DNA from: an uncultured Spirochaetota bacterium
GTDB lineage: Bacteria; Spirochaetota; Brevinematia; Brevinematales; JAOACQ01
NCBI GenBank assembly: GCA_963835575.1
Contig: CAWIGG010000004.1
Coordinates: forward strand, 320,001 to 384,000
DNA length: 64,000 nt
Direction of reading: 5' to 3'
Shown: in pieces, positions 8,883 to 18,737 of the stretch
Layout: each line of letters starts with the position of its first letter
Position numbering within the stretch: position 1 is the stretch's first letter
Position numbers and translations under genes: made by a program
Notes under the pieces: model-generated
Told to the model about the DNA's origin: nothing
Database searches by the model: none
What the model saw: the letters and a program-made list of their open reading frames with translations, nothing else

Positions 8883-11402
8883 TTACTTAAAGAATTTCTT
8901 CAAGTCTTCTTCCTCTTTGCCCTGTTCGACAAGATAGAATTCTACACTATCATTAATCTGCCCGAATGGGAGTTCCAATTGTTCACAATGTTCAATGGTT
9001 TTTCTTTTCTTCTGCTCAGTCATAAAATTTAAAACTTTTTGCTTATATAATGTATCTGCATTTCCAGCCAAATGTTCGCCTTTGCTTTCAAGAATATAAA
9101 CTAATTCAAGTTTACAAGTATCATTTTTCTTTGCAGCTACAAAGTCGGGGCGGAGTTTGTATTCCTGCCATCCTTGGATAGAATACCAATTTCTTGAAAC
9201 CTTATTGCGGAACCACCAGAGTATTTTTTCCTGTTTGTCGAGAATATCACCAACTGTTTGTTCAAGCGTATTCATTGCAGAAAGGTCAACATCATCGAAA
9301 AGGTAATATTTATAGGGATTGGGCATACGTCCGACAACAATATAATCTTCTTCGGGTATTTTAAAACCAAGATCAGGGTCATCCGACACGGCAAGAATAA
9401 TTTTCTTTGTTTTTAGGTAATCAACAAAAAGTTTTTCTTCAAGTTTTACTTTTTCTTTTGAAAGCAGTTCGAACATAAAAGCGGATATATAACCGAAATT
9501 TTCTTCCACTTTTTCTTTCCCAATCCCGGCAATTAAAGCGTCAATATGGTTTGAAGCTAATTTTCGCGCAAAGAATGGGTTTTCTGTCAGTTCTGTATAA
9601 CGGCGTGTAAGGTAATCGATGTTGATTTCTTTTATACCATTTATTTCAGTTCTTTCTAACTTGGCTGTAACCATACTCGATTCATCAAGAGTAATAATAA
9701 TTGAATGACGTTCTTTTGTTTCTTCGCTGAATGAAGCTGAAAGACGATCAATGAAACCGTTAATCCGGAAAGAGGAAAAATCTATAAACGGTTTTATATC
9801 CAGTTCATAAGAAAAACGGTGTTTCCGTTCTCCTTCATCAATCATTACCCATACTGGAAGATAAAAAGCGCTTTCATATTTTGATTTAAATTCTTTACGG
9901 ATATTTACCTTTTTCGTTTTGTTTATTTCGTTGTTGTCGCTCACCTTTATTTTTGTAATTAAGTCTTCAAGTCCTTCGTTTTTAAATCCTGTATCAACTT
10001 TTTCCAGAATGGAGCGGGTGTCGCCCTTGGAATAATAGATATAACTTTCATCCAGTTCGGGAATACCCGTTTTTCGCGCAAAAGGCTGACGGAGAATCCG
10101 TCCTACAAGCTGGGTAATTCCGGTATCGGAATTGACATTTGGAATAATGCCGAGAATATACGCAAAGGAGCAGTCCCAACCCTCGCGGAGGGCTTCTTTA
10201 GTTATAAGATAGCGTATATTACAGTCCGGGGCGAAAAGGTTTTTATCTTCAATATCATTCTGCGCGCTTGTTTTTATGGCGATTTCATCCGGGTTTATTT
10301 CCAGTTCCTGCAAAAACTCCTTCACATCAAGGCTATGAACGCCGTGTTTGCCGCGCTGGTCTTTTCCCGTAGATTCCACCTGAATAAGCGCAATAGGTCT
10401 GATATAAAGTCCTGAGTCCTGGCGGTATTTGATAGTTCTTTTTTCCAGAGCGTCCCGGTGAGCTTTTATCTCCCTGAGCATGGATTTCCAGTCGTCTTCT
10501 TTACGGCCTGAAGGCGGAATAATGTGCATATCCAGCTTGACCATTTCCTCGTCTTTCAGTTCAAGGCCGGAAATGCTCACATGAATATTCATTTCCGCTT
10601 TCGGCGTAGCGGTTAGCCCGAGAATCATTTCCGGATTGAGCCCGTCAATGGTTTTACGCGCCATATCCGAAAAGACTTTGTGGATTTCATCAATGATAAT
10701 AAAAGGTTTTGAAAGGCGGATAGCGTTACCGAGGCTTGTTCGTACAACCGGCCCGATTTCAGTTAAGAGGTCGAGGTTCGGACAAATTTTTAAAAGTTCG
10801 GCATGAAGATCATACCGGTTATCGGAAGGAAAAAAGCTCTCAAAACCGCCAGAGTCCTGAAATACCTTAAGGGCTTCTTTGCCGTTCTGCCTGCTGATAG
10901 ACTGGATCATAACGAAAAGAACAACAAGGTTTTCCTCTATATCATTTGTGGTTAGTCTTTGCCCTTTTTCCAGTATCAGCGTCTTGTTTCCGCTGGCCTG
11001 GTCGAGGAGCTGGCGGAGCGGGTTAGCCTTATCCCGCAGTTTCTGTACCGTCTGTGAATAAATCGTTTCACTTGGGACAATCCAGACGACAAGTCCCGTC
11101 CGCTTACGGGCAAAAATAGTTTGATATTCGCGGATTGCTTCAACCGCCAGAAGGGTTTTACCGCCCCCCGTAGGCACTTTCATAATAATACGGGGATAGT
11201 ATTCATTAAGGCCGTTTGTACAGCGGTCTTTATATTCTTTATTTAAAGTCTGAAAAGTGGTTTGTACCCAGTTCAGCGTATGCCGCATTTCGGCAGGCAG
11301 GGCTTTCCGGGCCGTATCAAAAGCGTCTTTTGTTTCCCTTGCTTTGGAGTAAAAAGATTTAAGCTCCGATATTACCTTGACCTGGTAATTCTTGAGGAAC
11401 AC
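8883..11402 (-). CDS. res: Type III restriction endonuclease Res subunit (SF2 helicase plus PD-(D/E)xK nuclease)
   Basis: Motifs VPTGGGKT, IIDEIH, LTATP, LREGWD and QLVGRILRQP; C-terminal PDF...ILESKG; GTG start 2 nt after the mod stop. Confidence 0.8.
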   Translation of the reverse strand: MFLKNYQVKVISELKSFYSKARETKDAFDTARKALPAEMRHTLNWVQTTFQTLNKEYKDRCTNGLNEYYPRIIMKVPTGGGKTLLAVEAIREYQTIFARKRTGLVVWIVPSETIYSQTVQKLRDKANPLRQLLDQASGNKTLILEKGQRLTTNDIEENLVVLFVMIQSISRQNGKEALKVFQDSGGFESFFPSDNRYDLHAELLKICPNLDLLTEIGPVVRTSLGNAIRLSKPFIIIDEIHKVFSDMARKTIDGLNPEMILGLTATPKAEMNIHVSISGLELKDEEMVKLDMHIIPPSGRKEDDWKSMLREIKAHRDALEKRTIKYRQDSGLYIRPIALIQVESTGKDQRGKHGVHSLDVKEFLQELEINPDEIAIKTSAQNDIEDKNLFAPDCNIRYLITKEALREGWDCSFAYILGIIPNVNSDTGITQLVGRILRQPFARKTGIPELDESYIYYSKGDTRSILEKVDTGFKNEGLEDLITKIKVSDNNEINKTKKVNIRKEFKSKYESAFYLPVWVMIDEGERKHRFSYELDIKPFIDFSSFRINGFIDRLSASFSEETKERHSIIITLDESSMVTAKLERTEINGIKEINIDYLTRRYTELTENPFFARKLASNHIDALIAGIGKEKVEENFGYISAFMFELLSKEKVKLEEKLFVDYLKTKKIILAVSDDPDLGFKIPEEDYIVVGRMPNPYKYYLFDDVDLSAMNTLEQTVGDILDKQEKILWWFRNKVSRNWYSIQGWQEYKLRPDFVAAKKNDTCKLELVYILESKGEHLAGNADTLYKQKVLNFMTEQKKRKTIEHCEQLELPFGQINDSVEFYLVEQGKEEEDLKKFFK

Positions 11403-11404
11403 TG

Positions 11405-13039
11405 CTAAACCCCCGGACGCTGAAATAGGTTATAGGGTATGCCGACGTATTCAATATTTTTCTCTCTCATATAATCTTCTTCAAGGAAGCAGGCCGGGGC
11501 GTAAACAACAATCCGTTTTTTCTGATTTCCGGCGGCAATCTTTTCCGCAAGGCTTAAATTAAGCGCCATACGGGTTAGTTCTTCAAAGTCCTGTTTATAG
11601 ACAAGGTATATTACCATATCAGCGTGTTCACCGACAAAGTAAGTCTTTTCATTGATAGCAGTCTTGTTTTTCAGACTCTCGCCTGTACAGAGATAATACA
11701 CATACTCCGCAAACTGTTTGTATTCCGGTAATTTCCCGGATAATAGAGTTTCAGCGTCGATGGGAATGCCAACCCGGTAATACTGAAAGCCGGAATCATA
11801 ACCGTATTTCTCAATAGCCCGCTTGACCCGCTCGCGCGTTATGTCCTTGCAGATGTTTTTTTTAGGCTCTGAGGCAGTAGCTTCTGTCATTTGAATGAGA
11901 ATACACTTCCTTTTAATATTTTTATTTTCAATATTTAAATCCATAACAGCTTGCATAGTCGTACCCGAACCAGCAAATGAATCGAGAATGATATCATTAG
12001 GGTTTGAACATAATTGAATAATTCGTTTTATTAATCCAACTGGTTTAGGATTATCAAAAGGAGCATCAAAATCTGGAAACAATTCTTTCAGTTCTTTACG
12101 AGAACTATCTGTATGTCCAACCTCATCATATAACCAAATTGTTAGCGGAACAGTGCCTTTTTGAACTTCATTAAAATATCTTTTTAATTGAGGCGCACCC
12201 AATCCATCTTTTCCAAAAAATACACGCCCTTTATCAATCCATTTTTTCATAGTTTCTTTATTAGTTAACCAACATCGTCCCTTTGTTGGATTATAATCCT
12301 TACCGGTATTTGGATTTTTTATTGGATAATCATAATCCGCCGAATAAGTTTTTACAGTTAAATTATCTGGACGCCAGAATCCTTTGCCATCACTACTATC
12401 AAATTTATAAAGTATATCTTGCTTCTCAGTACGTGGTAAAAGATTTCTCACCCAACCAGTTGAATTACCATTAATTAATTTCTTTTTTGCATAACAAATG
12501 ATAAAATCATGATTATCAGAAAAATATTTTGCATCGTTTGAAGCCGCGTATTTTTTTTGCCATATAATATTTGTAATAAAATTTTCATCACCAAAAAGCT
12601 CATCCAAAACCATACGAAGTGTATGTTGTTCATTATCATCTATTGAAATAAAAATTGCCCCATCATCCGATAGCAGTTCCCTTAAAAGTTTCAATCTTGG
12701 AACCATCATACAGAGCCATTTGTCGTGACGGGTCAGGTCATCCTTACCGACTTCCTTTCCCAGCCATTCTTTGAGCATAGGACTGTTCACATTGTCGTTA
12801 TAAATCCAGCCTTCGTTTCCCGTATTATACGGCGGGTCGATATAAATGCATTTGATTTTTCCGGCGTATTGCGGAAGCAGGGCCTTGAGAGCAAGAAGAT
12901 TATCCCCTTCGATAATTATGTTGCCGTCCGCTTTTTCTGACTGGAAGTTAAGTTTTTCAACCTCGTCCAGGGTATGGTATGGTATTGAAAGGTGGTGGTT
13001 CCAAATGATGTTCTTTCCTTTGAATTGCAGAGTGGGCAT
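11405..13039 (-). CDS. mod: Type III R-M adenine DNA methyltransferase Mod subunit
   Basis: Motifs IEGDNL, YIDPPYNTG, FISIDDNE, FDNPKP and LDSFAGSGTT (beta-class order). Confidence 0.88.
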   Translation of the reverse strand: MPTLQFKGKNIIWNHHLSIPYHTLDEVEKLNFQSEKADGNIIIEGDNLLALKALLPQYAGKIKCIYIDPPYNTGNEGWIYNDNVNSPMLKEWLGKEVGKDDLTRHDKWLCMMVPRLKLLRELLSDDGAIFISIDDNEQHTLRMVLDELFGDENFITNIIWQKKYAASNDAKYFSDNHDFIICYAKKKLINGNSTGWVRNLLPRTEKQDILYKFDSSDGKGFWRPDNLTVKTYSADYDYPIKNPNTGKDYNPTKGRCWLTNKETMKKWIDKGRVFFGKDGLGAPQLKRYFNEVQKGTVPLTIWLYDEVGHTDSSRKELKELFPDFDAPFDNPKPVGLIKRIIQLCSNPNDIILDSFAGSGTTMQAVMDLNIENKNIKRKCILIQMTEATASEPKKNICKDITRERVKRAIEKYGYDSGFQYYRVGIPIDAETLLSGKLPEYKQFAEYVYYLCTGESLKNKTAINEKTYFVGEHADMVIYLVYKQDFEELTRMALNLSLAEKIAAGNQKKRIVVYAPACFLEEDYMREKNIEYVGIPYNLFQRPGV

Positions 13040-13278
13040 AACCGGCTCCTTATATTTACCCGTCAGTAAAAAAAGTAAAAGCGCATCAATCTAATGGATA
13101 TTTTATAGTAAACTAATTTTAAATACAAAATTTTTTTAACTTTATTATATTTATTAATTATTCTGCATAAAATATCCGCTCCCGAGGCCATTTTCCTCCT
13201 GGCTATAATCTGTACATAAAATAACTCAATATCAAGTCGTGTTATCCGTTAGTATAATAATAGAAGAGAGGCACATGT

Positions 13279-13545
13279 TTTTGACAAGGATGTCAAAACC
13301 GACGCATAAAGCCACGCCCAGCACCACTTTGATTGCCTGTCCTCAAAGTGGTGCTGGGCAAGGACGGCGACATAAGGAGGCTATTTTATTAAGGAACCGT
13401 TTTTTAAAAACCGTATAACACACCTCCATACGATCCCGATTGCTTCGTATGAAAATGGCCTCGCCCTGTTTTCTTTCTTTAGCGCGATATTTCTTTCTTT
13501 TCGAAAAGAAAGAAATATCGCAAACCCCCGACAGCCTGTCGGGAA
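13279..13545 (+). other. Highly structured intergenic element (candidate ncRNA or palindromic mobile unit)
   Basis: Hairpins at 13279-13298 (AGGA loop), 13316-13359 (17-bp stem), 13484-13521 (38-bp perfect palindrome) and 13527-13543; four AAGGA motifs. Confidence 0.55.
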
Positions 13546-13633
13546 AAAAACCATTAAATTTTAATAAAAAGAAAAGACTTTGACTCCCGGCATCACTGCC
13601 GCCCGACCTGCCCCTCCGGCTGGCCGGAAAAAC

Positions 13634-14619
13634 CTATTCTTTAAACCATTTTGAGTTCGTCGAAATAAGATTTGTGCCCTTTTCCGAAATGATGAAGACA
13701 GGCAGTTTGTTACTGTCCGCGAAAGACAGACCTTTACTTAACCCCAAGACAAATATCCCCGTCGAGAGGGCGTCGGCATCTTCCGCGCTGGGCGACAGGA
13801 CAGTGACGCTCGTGATGCCGTTCATCGCGGGATAGCCGGTTTTGGGGTCGAGTATATGAAAATACCTGATTGAATTGGTAATGAAAAACCGCTCATAATC
13901 GCCGGATGTCGATACGGATTCGCCGTCCTTGAGCGTAATGATCTTATAGATTTCCCCGGGTTCCCTCGGGTGGCGTATGCCGATCTTCCATGGGGTATTG
14001 TCCGACTTTACGCCGAAAACCTTCAGGTTGCCGCCGGCGTTGACAATCCCCGCGGCAATATTTTTGTTCTGAAGGAATTCCACCATCCTGTCAACGGCAT
14101 AGCCCTTCAGAATGCCTCCCAGGTCTAATTGGGTATGGGACGGCATCTTTATCGTATTGGAAGTAAGGCGGATTGAGTGATAGCCGATAAAAGGCAGCGT
14201 TTGTTTGATAGAAGCCGGGCCCGGCAGGCGGTATTCCTGGTTGATAAAACCCCAGAGCTTTACCAGGGGAAATACGGTTATATCAAAAGCCCCGCCCGTT
14301 TTTTTTGAGAATAAAAGCGAATCCCGGATGATCCGGGTTTCTTCTTCATCCATTGACCGGGGCAGACTGCCGCTGTTCAATTGAAAAACAAAGGAGTTTG
14401 TAATAGTTGTGCTGTATTTGTTTTCCAGTTTCTCCGCGACGGCAAAAGCCTCATCCGCCGTTTTTCCGGCTGTTGAAGCGCCCAGATCGGTGTATAGGAC
14501 AATCTCGAACAATGTGTTCATAATAAAGCGCGTGAAGAAATATTTCGCCGTTCTTTTTTTTCGCATGATAAGAAGCTGATAAGTAATAACGATAAAAGGA
14601 TAAGAAAGGCTTTCTTCAT
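13634..14619 (-). CDS. apbE: FAD:protein FMN transferase ApbE (lipoprotein) with an apparent frameshift at an A8 run (14554-14561)
   Basis: Motifs GAFDITV.PL, LDLGGILKGYAVD, STSGDYER, HILDPKTG and ADALSTG. A signal peptide MKKAFLILLSLLLISFLSC starts at ATG 14619 (ATGA overlap with the upstream gene), one base out of frame with the rest. Confidence 0.85.
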
Positions 14620-14867
14620 GACACTTCCATGCTTTTTGTTCTGACGCCTTTGATTATACCGAGGTCCTTTGAAAGTCCACTGATCTCCTTTTTTGTCCCG
14701 GCCAGATGCAGCAGAATCAGGCCTTCCTCGGAACAGCGGCTTCCGGCTTCATGCAGTCCGACGCGCATTTTGATGATGCAGCCGTGTTTTGTCAGTATTT
14801 CCTGGACCTTCACCGCTTCGCTCGTTCTTTTGTCCAGCAATAACGCCATGATAACGGTTTTTCCCAT
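14616..14867 (-). CDS. TM1266-like iron-only hydrogenase system regulator (ACT-like small protein)
   Basis: Pattern AVKVQEILTKHGCIIKMRVGLHE...GLILL; 83 aa. Confidence 0.65.
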   Translation of the reverse strand: MGKTVIMALLLDKRTSEAVKVQEILTKHGCIIKMRVGLHEAGSRCSEEGLILLHLAGTKKEISGLSKDLGIIKGVRTKSMEVS

Positions 14868-14885
14868 AGGAGCCCCCTATTCACT

Positions 14886-15413
14886 TTATTCAGGCTTTGA
14901 TTCCTGCGCCGGCTCTTTCTTTTTATCCTTACTTTCCATAAACATCAGGATGATCAGGATAAAGAAACCCGCCATTATGTACAGATCGGCAAAATTAAAG
15001 ATGCCTGTCCTCAGGTAAGGCCCAATGCCGAGGTTCATGAAATCGATGACATGCCGGCCCGCTATAAACCGGTCGGTTATATTGCTCGCTCCGCCGGTAA
15101 ATATAAGTGCAAAGGCAATCACCTGCGAAGCGGGCATTTTTTTGGAAAAAAGGACATAAAAGAAAAGGAGCAGAAGGAACAACGCCGGAAGGAGCGTCAG
15201 CATGATAAAACCGGCTTCTTTGGGGAGCTTTTCGCCGAGGCTGAGGAACGCCCCCGTGTTTTCCGAATACTGTAGCCGGAAAGTATCAAAGAAGTAAGAA
15301 AAAGACATCCCGCCCGAAAGCTTTTCTTTAGCCTCGGCTTTTGTCGCATGGTCGACGATATAACCGGCCGAGAGAATGATAAAGAGAATAACTATTCTAT
15401 ATATTAAGCGCAT
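14886..15413 (-). CDS. lspA: Lipoprotein signal peptidase II
   Basis: Motifs DHATK, ENTGAFLSL, GGASNITDR, VIDF and FNFADLYI; start taken at MRLIYR. Confidence 0.9.
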   Translation of the reverse strand: MRLIYRIVILFIILSAGYIVDHATKAEAKEKLSGGMSFSYFFDTFRLQYSENTGAFLSLGEKLPKEAGFIMLTLLPALFLLLLFFYVLFSKKMPASQVIAFALIFTGGASNITDRFIAGRHVIDFMNLGIGPYLRTGIFNFADLYIMAGFFILIILMFMESKDKKKEPAQESKPE

Positions 15414-15448
15414 ATAAACCCCTTGTTTAAATTTCCTTACGGGCAATA

Positions 15449-15477
15449 ATTGTATAATGAAGACCGTTAATTGTCAA
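15449..15477 (-). promoter_or_regulatory. Sigma70 promoter for lspA-regulator-apbE
   Basis: TTGACA-N17-TACAAT on the minus strand. Confidence 0.7.
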
Positions 15478-15601
15478 AAGATGCTTGATTTACCGCTGTA
15501 TTTACTCATACCTGAACCGTGGTCTATACTGATAAATTACCGGTTTTCCATATCCGAGCCCGGCTCATGGATAAGACAATCGATTGGAGGACCGGTGAAT
15601 C

Positions 15602-15630
15602 TTGATAAATTCTGTTTTTTTCAATATAAT
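15602..15630 (+). promoter_or_regulatory. Sigma70 promoter for thrC
   Basis: TTGATA-N17-TATAAT. Confidence 0.65.
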
Positions 15631-15678
15631 AAGAGTCTTATCATATAAGAATGGAAGTATCATAAAAAAGGGAATTCT

Positions 15679-17202
15679 ATGAAATATATCAGCACAAGGG
15701 GCAACTATCCGGCTATCTCCAGCGCGGAAGCGATTGTCCAGGGAATGGTCCCCCGGGGGGGCCTTTTTGTACCGGAAGAAATCCCTCAGCTTGATATCGA
15801 AAGGCTCAGGGGATTAAACTACCAGGGCATAGCCTATGAAGTGCTTAAGCCTTATCTCTGCTCGGACGGGAACTATTCAGAAGAAGAAATCAAAGGTTAT
15901 ATAGATTCAGCCTATAATCTCGATAAATTCGACGATGTAAAAGTGGCGCCTCTCCATTTTCTCGAGGATAACCTGGGGATCCTGGAACTCTGGCATGGGC
16001 CGACGGCTGCCTTTAAGGATATGGCCCTGCAGATAATGCCTTATTTTCTGACCGGCGGGGTTAAAATCCTCAACCGTAAAAATGAGATCGTGATCCTTGT
16101 CGCCACTTCCGGCGATACGGGAAAAGCGGCGCTGGAAGGATTCAAAGATGTGCCCGGAACAAGGATCATCGTCTTCTATCCGAAAGACGGCGTCAGCCAT
16201 ATCCAGGAAGTCCAGATGCTCACGACCGAGGGGAAAAACACGCATATTATCGGAGTCCAGGGAAATTTTGACGACTGCCAGAATTTAGCAAAGGATATTT
16301 TCTCGGATGCCGATTTTAATTCCCTTCTCCGCAAAAAGGGGTTCGAACTGTCCTCGGCCAATTCCATCAACTGGGGAAGGCTTGTGCCCCAGATCGCCTA
16401 TTACTTCTGGGCATATTTTCAAATGGTCGAAAAAAAGACGCTTTTTACAGGCGAAAAAATAGACGTCTGCGTTCCGACAGGTAATTTCGGCAATATACTG
16501 GCCGCCTATTACGCCGGCGAGATGGGCCTGCCTGTCCGCCGCCTTGTCTGCGCGTCCAATAAGAATAATGTGCTCTCGGAGTTCATTCAAACGGGCATTT
16601 ACAATAAAAAGAGGGAGTTTTATAAAACAAGCAGCCCTTCAATGGATATTCTCATTTCCTCCAATCTGGAGCGTTTTTTATTTTCCATATCCTCAAATAA
16701 TCCCCGGAAAATCCTCCGCTGGTATGAGGACCTTTCCCGGGACGGGCTGTTTAAAGTCGACGATTCCACCCGGCAGAGGCTTAAGAACACCCTGTACGGC
16801 GATTTTGCGACAGAGGAAGAAACCGCCGTCATGATAAAAAAAATATTCGAACAATACAGCTATCTGATTGACCCTCATACCGCGGTCGGCGTCAAGGTTT
16901 ACGAATCCTACCGTAAGACTGTAACAGATGCCGTGCCCGCTTTTATTTGCGGCACCGCCTCGCCTTATAAATTCAATTCGGCCGTATACAATGCCCTGAC
17001 CGGGAACGGCGCCGTAACGGACGAATTCGCCATTCTGCAGAAGCTTAAAAAAATCAGCGGGACTAAATTACCGCGGGCAGTGGAAGGCCTGGAACATTTG
17101 AAAATCCGGCGGAGCAGGGTTATTGAAATAAAAAAGGGAAGGGATGAAATCCTTCATATCTTAAAAGGCGGTAAAGGCCCGCGCCTCAGTCTCAAGAGCT
17201 AA
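15679..17202 (+). CDS. thrC: Threonine synthase
   Basis: Motifs MKYISTRG, LELWHGPTAAFKDMAL, ATSGDTG, SANSINWGR, VPTGNFGN and SPSMDILISSNLER. Confidence 0.95.
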   Translation: MKYISTRGNYPAISSAEAIVQGMVPRGGLFVPEEIPQLDIERLRGLNYQGIAYEVLKPYLCSDGNYSEEEIKGYIDSAYNLDKFDDVKVAPLHFLEDNLGILELWHGPTAAFKDMALQIMPYFLTGGVKILNRKNEIVILVATSGDTGKAALEGFKDVPGTRIIVFYPKDGVSHIQEVQMLTTEGKNTHIIGVQGNFDDCQNLAKDIFSDADFNSLLRKKGFELSSANSINWGRLVPQIAYYFWAYFQMVEKKTLFTGEKIDVCVPTGNFGNILAAYYAGEMGLPVRRLVCASNKNNVLSEFIQTGIYNKKREFYKTSSPSMDILISSNLERFLFSISSNNPRKILRWYEDLSRDGLFKVDDSTRQRLKNTLYGDFATEEETAVMIKKIFEQYSYLIDPHTAVGVKVYESYRKTVTDAVPAFICGTASPYKFNSAVYNALTGNGAVTDEFAILQKLKKISGTKLPRAVEGLEHLKIRRSRVIEIKKGRDEILHILKGGKGPRLSLKS

Positions 17203-17867
17203 TTTTGAGCCCTGTCCGGCGGGTCCTGCGGCTGTGATTGAACTTGATCTTCTGCCTGATCCTGAACTTTAACCGCTCCAAGCTTCCAGTAAATTTTTTT
17301 CAAAATCCAGACAGGTATAAAGGAAAAAAGAAGAAGCAGCGCTGAGAGCGTTATAAACACCGGGAAAGAAAGCGTCTTCTCAAAATACTGCGTGATGAAT
17401 TCCGGAAGGAATGAAAAAGGCCAGGTTAATAAGGCGGCGATTTTAAACCGTGAAATACTCCAGAGAAGCCCTCCGGCGCATAATGAAAAAAATAAAGGAA
17501 AAACAATCACATAGAGCACAAAGCCCTTCATATGAAAGAGCGTGGAAAATAGTTCTTTAAAATACTCAACGAAGGAACCCAGATAAATAATGTAAAGATA
17601 AGCGCAGAACAGCTGGACGGCAATATAAGACAACCCCAGGGCTTCCAGCGGAGGAAGAGAGCTGAGGAGCGGTATACCGCGGATAATATCGGAAAAATTC
17701 TTAATGGAAAAAACAAGGGTTAAGACTGCCGCAATCTGAAAGATAAAGATCAGCACCTTCAGAATAAAGCCGGCAAAGAGATTTTCATTCTGAGGCTTTC
17801 CCGATAAAGCGCTTTCCTCCAGCTTTCTATTATGGCCCGGATGAACTTTTATCTGATTCTCTTCCAT
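17199..17867 (-). CDS. Hypothetical integral membrane protein
   Basis: 222 aa, four to five hydrophobic segments, AGGAG RBS, co-oriented with lysC. Confidence 0.6.
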   Translation of the reverse strand: MEENQIKVHPGHNRKLEESALSGKPQNENLFAGFILKVLIFIFQIAAVLTLVFSIKNFSDIIRGIPLLSSLPPLEALGLSYIAVQLFCAYLYIIYLGSFVEYFKELFSTLFHMKGFVLYVIVFPLFFSLCAGGLLWSISRFKIAALLTWPFSFLPEFITQYFEKTLSFPVFITLSALLLLFSFIPVWILKKIYWKLGAVKVQDQAEDQVQSQPQDPPDRAQN

Positions 17868-17894
17868 TCGCTTCTCCTGTCGGATTATTGCACT

Positions 17895-18725
17895 CTAAAA
17901 CGCGCTTTTGTATTCCAGTATTCTTTTTTCCAGGACTGTCATATCAAGATACTGCTTTTTTAATTCCTCCACTCTGGCCCTGTCTGTATTTTTTACAAAA
18001 TAAGCCACTTCATACTGGGGCGATAGCAGGGTCAACAGCGGCTTTAAAAGCGATATGTCTTCGACATCCAGGCGGAAATATTCCGCGTTTTCCTCGCTGA
18101 ATTTCTTAATTTTATCTTTTCCGTTCACTTCCTTATAACCGACCTGCGCCATAACGGCTTTCCTGTAAGCGCTTTTTGCCGCATCCAGCTCATTATTTAT
18201 ATCCACTGTTTCCAGCTCATCTTCCCAATCCTTCGGCATAAGCATAAAAACCCTCTGCCTCGCATCGTCTTTGTAGAATTCACCGGCAACCCACATTTTG
18301 TCATTTTTACGGATCATGCCTTTCATCAATATGACCTGGTCCCTCCCCAGCGCCATATAGGGGGCGACTTTGCCGATCAGATCAAAGGAAAGCATTCTTC
18401 TATATGCAAACTTATTGGTCTTGAGCCGGCAGTAGCTGTCGCTTTTGACAAAGATGAGATTATTAAAATACATTGACGGGCTGTAATAAACCGCTGTATC
18501 CAGGCTGACGGCGTTTTTGGCGCTTTGCGCGATGCTTTCGAAGAGTGAATTATAAAGGATCTTAATGATCAGTAAAACCGGCAGGATAAACAGCGCCAGT
18601 TTTCCAACCGCCAGGAACGCCTTGATCGCGCCGGAAATAAAATTCGAGCAGCGGGGGCACTCGCGGGTATTAAAAATACCGCCTTCAAAATGATTGCCGC
18701 AGTTATTGCAGACCCACCTTGCCAT
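17895..18725 (-). CDS. Hypothetical membrane-anchored protein with an N-terminal Zn ribbon
   Basis: WVCNNCG...ECPRC followed by one transmembrane segment; GGGAG RBS immediately after lysC. Confidence 0.6.
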   Translation of the reverse strand: MARWVCNNCGNHFEGGIFNTRECPRCSNFISGAIKAFLAVGKLALFILPVLLIIKILYNSLFESIAQSAKNAVSLDTAVYYSPSMYFNNLIFVKSDSYCRLKTNKFAYRRMLSFDLIGKVAPYMALGRDQVILMKGMIRKNDKMWVAGEFYKDDARQRVFMLMPKDWEDELETVDINNELDAAKSAYRKAVMAQVGYKEVNGKDKIKKFSEENAEYFRLDVEDISLLKPLLTLLSPQYEVAYFVKNTDRARVEELKKQYLDMTVLEKRILEYKSAF

Positions 18726-18737
18726 AATTTCTCCCTT

